Positions 55,448-64,000 of a stretch of DNA of 64,000 nucleotides are shown here, piece by piece. This DNA is from Eledone cirrhosa. Its lineage: Eukaryota. Position 1 is the stretch's first letter; the number at the start of each line of letters is the position of its first letter. The DNA is taken from contig OZ024740.1 in assembly GCA_964016885.1 (NCBI GenBank), forward strand, positions 386,198,001-386,262,000. Reading direction: 5' to 3'. The notes below the pieces were generated by a model. That model was not told the DNA's origin. It searched no databases and worked only from the letters and a program-made list of their open reading frames with translations. The position numbers and the translations under genes are program-made.

Positions 55448-57614
55448 CCACTAGGGCATGTGTTTGTATGCAGATATGGCAGTTCCAATAAATTGATGTT
55501 ATGCTGAATTTTACTGAAAATGACAAAATTTGTTCTGGGTCTTGGAACACACACTCCAGCTATCATGATTGTCAAACAGAGAGTTTCATATTTAGAGGCA
55601 TGGGATTAAAGTGGAAGACATGGAGTATGATGTCATAGTTGGCAAAATTCAAAATAAAAACCTCAGATAATGGTAGAATGGAATGGAACTTGATCTACAA
55701 AACTGACATAAAAATGAAGGATCTCAAGAAAGAAGTAAATGAGCAGTTTAACAGGAAATATTGTTGTCCAAAACAACCTTGGCATCTAACAACACTTGCA
55801 TACATATAATTAACTGACATTAAAAAATCTTTAAACATTTTTTTACAAGATCTTATTCCTAAAATATAAAAAAATAAAGAATCAGTGGCATAAAGGTTTA
55901 ATCTGCAAACAAAGCAATTTCCTACAACTAATTTGGAATGACAGTGAGAAAAAAAAAAATGCAACAACATTTTTCCTTTTTAGCAATTTCCTTTTTACAA
56001 TAACAGAAATCAAAGCCTATTTCTTATAACTTTCAGCTAAGGTAACAGAATATTCTCTTTGAAATGTTAAACTGATACAAACTAGAAATCTGTTTAAGTC
56101 AACAGGAATGTAAATTTTGGACAAAAGCACTTAACAGATTAAGTTGTGTGAAGTTCAAAACAACCAAATATCTAGAAATCCATCAAAAGTTATTATAATC
56201 ACAAAGAATCATTAAGAAATTAGGAAATATGAGCTAAAAGAGAGGAGGTATAACAATATTGGTATGAACATGTCATGACAATGAACAGTATTATTTGACA
56301 AAAGTGTTTCTGTTGTGCACAGTTCTATTAAGTAGAAATCAAACAAGGAATACTTCAGTGGAAGTATTTTAGGGATGTGTAGAGATATATGCCTTACTAT
56401 ACACATGAAAAGTTTTACTTTCATTTAAGGTAATCTATTAATTTTGTACTCAATGTCCAAATATTGAAACTGGCTAAATCTGATCACCATGAAGATGTGG
56501 TTGATAAAAACAAATAACACTAACAAGACATGTTAATACATTTACCTGAGGCACCAAGAAAACTGAGGTCAAATCTCAAAGACTAATGCCTTTTCTTACA
56601 TTAATTTTATCTTCTTTTTTTTATATGAATATATCAACAAAACTTCATAAATAACACTGGAGCCTCTATGAGACAGCCCAGTCTGGTAAAAATAGCAGTA
56701 TAACATTACTGAAATCATACTCAACCATCATAAGAAAGGAAAGAATCATTGGATAATGTGGTTCTTGGTAAACTATGCATTTGATCATACATAGATACTC
56801 TTAATCAGGACAAATCTAGAGCTGAACAGCAACAACAACCATGAATATTAATGATGTGAAAGCGTTCAAGTCAAACAAGACCAGGAGATTTGTGTTTCTG
56901 GATTTAAAACGGTAATAAATGCAAACTTCTCTGGCACACAACGTTCACTAGCTATCATCATCATCATCATCATTGTTTAACGTCCATTTTTTCCACACTA
57001 ACATGGGTTAGACAACTGTCCTGTTGGGAGACAAACCAGGTCAGATGACAATATCTTGCTCATACAAAACTCATTCTAGCTATGTATTATTAGTTATTGC
57101 TTGCGAAAACCACCTTGACCTGGATATTTAAAAACCATAATAAAAAGCGGTAGCAACATTCAATTTTGAAATATCATTTCTTTAATCAGTTTTGGCAACA
57201 GCTGGCAATTCAAGCAATACAATTTTAGGAAGCAGAATAGGAGGAATGGAAAAGCAAGCCAACTAATAATTTCTACAGTCCCAAACAGACGTTAATCCAC
57301 CCAACAAATATATTTTAACTTACCAGTTTATGTAGGTGTGAACCAATCGAGAGGATATGATATGAAGCTACTAATTATTATATCCTTGAATTAAACTTTG
57401 CTGCAAACATTTCATTATGTGGTAAAAGCAGTAGAATCCAATGAACCTAATGCTGGTCTGTGTCAGAGTTCAAACAATATAATACATGTTTTAAACAAAA
57501 CCCTTCATTAGAGAAAGATGAAATGTTTATTTATGTTACTAGAATAATAAACTGGGAGTAGTGTGAGTGAAATTTTTCCTGACTCACAACTTTCAATCAT
57601 TATTACAAACACAG

Positions 57615-57800
57615 GGCGGTGAATTGGCAGTATCGGTAGAGGGTCGGACACCATGCTTTGACGCATAGAGTTACGGCCCTTGCCATTCTGAGTTTAAATC
57701 CCGCCGAGGTTAACTTTGCCTTTCATCCTTACGGGATCGATAAAATAAAGTACCAGTAATGTACTGGGTAATTGCTGGCCTTGTGCCAATAGTAGAAACA
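57615..57800 (+). mobile_element. Full-length tRNA-SINE
   Basis: GGCGGTGAATTGGCAGTATCGGTAG...GCCTTTCATCCTTACGGGATCGATAAAAT...GTAGAAACAATT. ATTATTACAAA occurs near both ends (possible TSD). Confidence 0.9.
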
Positions 57801-58282
57801 ATTATTACAAATAATCATTTCATATTTCTATGACAAAAGGTTCTCTTCACAACATAAAATTTATTCCAGTTTGTAACTCTTTGCATTTCATTGTGTAGTT
57901 GAGCAGTCCACTTAATTATTTGTGTGTATTTAGCTATCAGGAATAGACACCATATCTAGTAATGTCATTCCCCATAGATTAATATTTAAGCTGTAAAATT
58001 ATTGGTGATAGGAAGGGCATCTAGCCATAGAACACCTGCCAAAGTAGGGTTAGGAGGGCTGGTGCTATGATGAAATGTACTCAGTAGAACACATGAATGT
58101 ATATAAGCTAGATGCAAACCCTTAACCCATCTGAGAGATTATTAGCTCTGCTTGAGTACTTAGTCCGTGAAAACTTATCAAACCTTGCTAGAAGGGAAGA
58201 TGGACATTAAATGATGATGATGATGATGATGATACTTAAACCCTTTGACATCAACCTGGTTAAAAACTGGCTTTGGTTCTAT

Positions 58283-59838
58283 GTGAGAGCTATACAAGCT
58301 ATGTATAAAGAAACAGTCAGTAAAGTTAGAATTAACAATGAATATTGTGAAGAATTTAGTGTAAAAGTTGGTGTTCATCAAGGCTCTGTCCTTAGCCCCC
58401 TCCTATTTATTATTGCCCTTCAGGCTATAACAGAGGAGTTCGAGACTGGCTGCCCATGGTAACTCCTATACGCAGATGATCTAACTCTCATAGCTGAATC
58501 TATGGCTGAACTAGAGAAGAAATTCCAAACATGGAAGCATGGCCTAGAATCAAAAGGCCTTAAAGTTAACTTGTCTAAGACTAAAGTTCTAGTTTGTAGA
58601 AAGGAAAATAGGGCAGGAGTGCCCTCAGGAAAATGGCCATGCTCAGTGTGTAGGAAAGGAGTAGGCAGAAATTCCATTTTATGTCCCAAATGCAAACTAT
58701 GAGTACATTAGAGATGTAGTGGGATCACAGGTAAACTATCTAAGAACGTAGACTTTATGTGTGGCCGATGCTCAGGTACAATAAGTAGCAAGTGTCCACA
58801 GGATACTAGCTCCTTCTATTGCCCAGATGGTTCTATAGAAATAGTGGACACTTTCCGTTACCTGGGTGACAAAATCAGCAGTGATGGAGGGTGTTCTGAA
58901 AGTACAGTAGCCGAGTCAGAACAGAATGGAAAAAGTTTAGAGAGCTTATACTGCTGTTGGCCACAAAAGGTTTTTCTCTAAAAATGAAAGGCAGATTGTA
59001 TGATGCCTGTATACGAACAGCAATGCTACATGGCAGTGAGACATGGGCATTACGTGCAGAGGACCTGCGCAGACTGGAAAGGAATGAAGCATGCATCCTC
59101 CATTGGATGTGTAATAGTAATATACGTGAACGGCAAAGCATAAATGAAGTGAGAAATTAGGAATAAGAGGGATCAGATGCTGTTTACTTGAGAGAAGACT
59201 ACGTTGGTATGGCCACGTGATGCACATGAAAGATGACAGCTGTATAAAAAAGTGCAGGGCGATCAAAATTGATGGTAGTTACGGAGTAGCTAGACCCAGA
59301 AAAACCTGGGACGATCTGATAAATTCCAACCTTACACATTTGCACCTCTCTAAGACAATATCACTAGACCGAGATCTTTGGCGCTACGCAGTAATACAGA
59401 AGACCCGCCTTGCCTATGTACAACGCGGAACCTACAGTCAGTAGGCACCTCTTAACCAAATATACACCCCAATCCACTACCGTATCCTCCCACTCCCACC
59501 AACACCACCCTCTTTCTGTAAAGTCGGTACCACAAAATCCAGTCCAAATAAATGAGATAAATGAGATCAAGATCGTGTAGGTGTCACGACAAAAAAAATA
59601 CACAGTCCACGCTGTAATGTGGCCATGTAGGTAACACGGTAAAAAGTTCCCAGTTCCACACTGTAAATGTGGTTGGTGTTAGGAAAGGCATCCAGCCATA
59701 GAAAACCTGACAGATAGTCCTATATGAGCGAAACACGGTCACCCAACCGACCTTGCCTCAAATGGGACAACTCCCGTCTAACCCATGCTAGCATGGAAGA
59801 TGGACGTTAAACGAAGATGATGATGATGATGATGATGA
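58283..59838 (+). mobile_element. 5'-truncated RTE-clade LINE, same family as 49771-51094, with stops and frameshifts
   Basis: VGVHQGSVLSPLLFII, W*LLYADDL, GLKVNLSKTK, FRYLGD, LHGSETW, RPRKTW; (GAT)n tail at 59816-59838. Confidence 0.95.
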
Positions 59839-60574
59839 AATAAATTTAAATTTAATTAAAATTTAAATCTTCCAACATAACTTTAAATAAGAACCATATG
59901 TTAAGTTAGTATCTTAGTAATAAAATAATTAATAATTTTAGTAAATCCCTAAAAAATTCTCATTAATTGAAATAGAGTGCATTTCATTAGAAATATGGTC
60001 ACAAAATGATTAATGCTACTGAAGCTAAAATTGGTTATTATGTCCTTACTAGAACAACAAGAATAAAAAGAAAGAAGCCAAGAGAGAAATACTCTTGTAA
60101 GAAATATTTTATATCTGTACCTTTAATATTCATTACAATTTTTATTAGGACATATAACCCTAAGTGAACTCAGATAATGCATTCATGGAGTTAGTTATAA
60201 GGCATTTTTAAAATATGAATCATACCAAGGTGTTTTAAGGTAATTTTGCCTTCAGGTCTTAATAAAAAGTGCCTTCAATTGGTTTTGTTGTTTTTATCAG
60301 AAGGCTACTTTTAATCTGGTATCTCAACAATAAGACAAAAAAAAAATACAATCTTCATCCTCTACTCCACCATTAATTTTCTTGTCATATTTACACCTAA
60401 CTCTCATTTTCAGTTACTCCAAATACTTTTATAAGATTTTATTTTTAATCACTCACTTCAGACACCACTTAACATTTTCCATACCAACCAGCTCAAACTC
60501 AGCTTTGGTTCTATTAAACAAAACCAACCCTTTAACATCATTTTATGTCAAATTACTATCTTCAGAATAAAAGA

Positions 60575-60870
60575 AAATTTCACCTGCAACTCAGAAAACC
60601 TAATCTATGTGATGACAAGCTGTAAATGTTTGCAAAATCACATAGGAGAGACGAGAGTGTCATTACACAAAAGAATGACCATACTTTGCCAACAAATCCA
60701 TGTTGAAAATGTGAGACAAATCCCCTTAAGCAGCCACATTGCAATGTGTGTAGGAATGGATATATCCTACTTCATAATTTCCCCCTCAACAAATATGTCA
60801 CTCAACAACAGAATAAATATATAAAAACAATTCAAATAATTCATTAACAAATATAAACCAATATAAATAT
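60575..60870 (+). mobile_element. Penelope-like (Neptune-type) GIY-YIG endonuclease remnant
   Basis: FTCNSENLIYVMTSCKCLQNHIGET..LHKRMT..QQI..RQIPLSSHIAMC; similar to 36150-36320. Confidence 0.75.
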
Positions 60871-62901
60871 GTAATTAGACAGATAAATAACGATCTATAG
60901 ATGGGAACAACCAATTTACATTATATCTGTAAGCAAGCCTATGCATGAGCAACCACACACACACACACACACACACAAGAAAAAAGGAAAAATCCACCCA
61001 AAACCTTTTTAGTAGGATTTATCTATTATATCACCCAGAAACCTTTTCTTTGACAAATGTAATCCCCTTTCAATCATGTTTATATCTATATTTGTATTTA
61101 CTTCTCTTCATTGTTTTATTCTTATTATATGCAAACCATAAAAATAAACTTTAACTGTTGACACAGTTGAGCCACACACACAAAGACAAAAGAAAAACTC
61201 ACAACTTTCCTAAAAATATCACCACACCAAAAACAATTCTTCATGATTGAAAAATATTTTTCCCTAAAAGGCCACTTTTTATTTATATATTAGTCTTTGT
61301 ATTTTTTAAGACACTTTCTTTATCATTGTAAATGAGCAAAACATAAGAAATCTTTGCATAGAAGTAAAAAAAAATTCAAAATACACAAACCTTAATAGTG
61401 GAACATATAGGTCAATCTTATATTAATTCCTAAGAGCCCATGCTTGGAGGTGTGAGTTAGAACAATATCCAACCCTCACGACAAAACAAAATATACATAC
61501 ACAACAAAATCCTTTACAATCTGTTTCTATAACAAAGCTTACAGTACATGAACCCTGCAACCTCTCTGCCACCACCAAACTTTTACAACATTTACTCATT
61601 CATTCATTCATTCATTCATTCATTCATGAGACAAAGTAAAATAAGACAAGAAAGAAGAATGGAGAGAGAAAGAGCGAGAAAAAGAGCGGGAGATAGGGAA
61701 AGAGAAAGTGTGACATGAAACAAGGGAATGAAATTAAGTCAATGCAGCTAACAGTGGGATTATCAAAGAAATGCAGAGAGTTGCTGTGTTACTGAAGATC
61801 AATAAACAATTCAGTGTAAAAACAAACAAAAACCACAACCAGCAGATAGAGATAGAAGAATGCAAGAGGGAGAAAGAGGAGTACAATGAATGAGTTGAAA
61901 TTTGATTTGGATGTTAGACTTAAGGTAATTTACCAGCAGCATATAAAATGTATTGATTAGCTAGAGAGAGAGGACAGCTAGCATTAGAAATTGACATGTA
62001 AAAGTGAAATTGAAATGAAGCACTTTTTGTCCTGTAAAATATATATTTGTTTTCACTGTTTGCTTGTAACAATAACCAGCATATGTGTAGATGTTATTGC
62101 AATAAAAGACTTTATTTTTATCTGTTCTGGCTAGGTTGATACCAATTAACATAACAGTAATAAAATGTAAATCTCTCAGATAAGTACATTATATTGTGTT
62201 GTCACAACAACAAAGGAAAAAAACTGAAGTATTTGCAATGTTTGATGAAACCTCATTGGCAAAAGAGAAACAAAATTAACCACATGCAGGCAGTACCACA
62301 TTGAACATTACTAAACTGAATGTCTGTAGAATACAATATATTCTGCACTTAACCAACACTTCAGTCAAGCAAATATTCATGTTAAAATTTCCTCTTCGAC
62401 TTACGACTCCTCAGATTACATCAACAGTTATATCACTATGAAATTATATTCTACTATTGTCTTTCATTATCTGAATTAAAGGATGATGATGTTTATGGGA
62501 AACAAGTAAACTTCTAGTGATCCAGACTTATAATGTTTGGTACTGATTCAAGAAACTACTGCCTGCTAATGGCCTTCAGAAACACAAATATCTCACAATC
62601 TTATTCCACTCCCCTGTAAACGTATAACCTTATTTCTAAATAAGAAACCATTATCTGAATTAATGATATAAACAATGTAAAAATTGAAACCTCCTATAGG
62701 GCCTTTTCTAAACTTAACAAATTGTCCTTCTTTAATGAGGGGTTGTTTTTTTTATTTAATTTTGTTGATTAAATTGGATACAGATTGTAAAAAGAAAATA
62801 TTTCCCTCCATAATTAAAATAATGCCTTTTTACTTGCTATTAATAATCAAGTTGAAATTAATATAAAATCAACAAAGGAGATAAAAATGGTCACATTTTT
62901 C

Positions 62902-63282
62902 ATGTCTGAGTAAATAATTGTTTCTACTTTAGGCACAAGGCCAGCAATTATTCCAGTGTATTACTGGTACTTTATTTTATCGACCCCATTAAGGATGAAA
63001 GGCAAAGTTAACCTCGGCCTTTCATCCTTACGGGGGTCGATAAAATAAAGTACCAATAATACCAGTAATAAATGTCTGAGTAAATAATTGTTTCTACTTT
63101 AGCCACAAGGCCAGCAATTAACCAGTGTATTACTGGTACTTTATTTTATCGACCTCGTAAGGATGAAAGGCAAAGTCAACCTCGGCGGGATTTGAACTCA
63201 GAATGGCAAGGGCCGTAACTCTATGTGTCAAAGCATGGTGTCCGACCCTCTACCGATACTGCCAATTCACCGAGTAAATAAT
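62902..63282 (-). mobile_element. tRNA-SINE (63089-63271) preceded by a partial duplicate with a fold-back inversion
   Basis: GAGTAAATAAT TSD at 63078-63088 and 63272-63282. ATGTCTGAGTAAATAAT plus the SINE 3' end is repeated at 62902 and 63072. Confidence 0.9.
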
Positions 63283-63294
63283 GTCTTACAAAAG

Positions 63295-63595
63295 ACATAC
63301 TCATGTTTCATCAGGTAACAATGTCTTCCGAATGAGATACTTATGTTTGATAAAGCAACCAAGCCTTGCAAGAAACATGCTCGTAGTTGACATATTCATG
63401 TTTGATAAAGCAACCATGTCTTGCAGTTGACATATTCATGTTTGATAAAGCAACCATGTCTTGCAGTTGACATATTCATGTTTGATAAAGCAACCATGTC
63501 TTGCAGTTGACATATTCATGTTTGATAAAGCAACCATGTCTTGTGGTTGACATACTTATGTTTGATAAAGTAACCATGTCTTGCAAGTGAGATAC
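63295..63595. repeat. 40-bp minisatellite, ~5 good and 2 degenerate copies
   Basis: GTTGACATATTCATGTTTGATAAAGCAACCATGTCTTGCA with period 40 from 63386. Confidence 0.95.
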
Positions 63596-64000
63596 TCTGA
63601 ACATAATGCCCAACATAATGTTGAGAATTCTTAAAGTCATACTTGCTACCAAACTGTGTTCTAATAAAAATTAATAGTAAAATACATAAAAATTTATTGA
63701 AAGAAATGAAGCTTACAAACGAAGGAATGAGTTGCTATTATATATATTTTTCATTTTTTAATGTGTGTTGAAAAAGAGAGCCAAATTCAGGTAAAAATTA
63801 AAGTTACTCGTCAAGTATTCCTTGTAAAATGATTTATATGTATAAATAAAAAGGGGAAAGCTACAGAAGTTAAAATGGCATGAATATATATATATGTGTA
63901 TATATAAATATATAGTCTGCTAGTCAATAAAAGTTGGCAGAATGCCATCATTGCCATCACTACAGTATTTCCCAAATATTCAAAATTGCAATTATGAATA

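Noticed and set aside
60255-60310. Minus-strand hammerhead-like GCCTT-CTGATAA...GAAGGC
   Set aside because: Both core boxes are mutated and stems II and III do not form.

Overview
Eukaryotic, repeat-dominated DNA with no intact host gene that I can support. The SINE/LINE types and (TA)n/(CAT)n richness are most consistent with an octopod cephalopod (inference). Layout: 1-17.5 kb, a 55-bp satellite with a ~7-7.7 kb higher-order period; 17.5-30 kb, tRNA-SINEs and a decayed Tx1/L1-clade LINE; 30-37.4 kb, a CR1-like LINE and two Penelope-like (PLE) remnants; 37.4-49.8 kb, a ~12 kb AT microsatellite field holding short islands, three of which carry type I hammerhead-ribozyme motifs (5 full motifs), plus an 87-bp palindrome, with a ~4-4.6 kb block duplicated in tandem; 49.8-64 kb, two RTE LINE copies with a PHD finger inside the RT, an R4/Dong-like fragment, a MITE, SINEs (one with a fold-back rearrangement) and a 40-bp minisatellite. 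The best candidate for an undescribed system is the nest of terminally redundant, ~0.3-0.55 kb hammerhead-bearing non-coding retroelements (retrozyme or solo-pLTR-like) in the TA array. All alignments and folds were done by eye, and boundaries of decayed elements are approximate.
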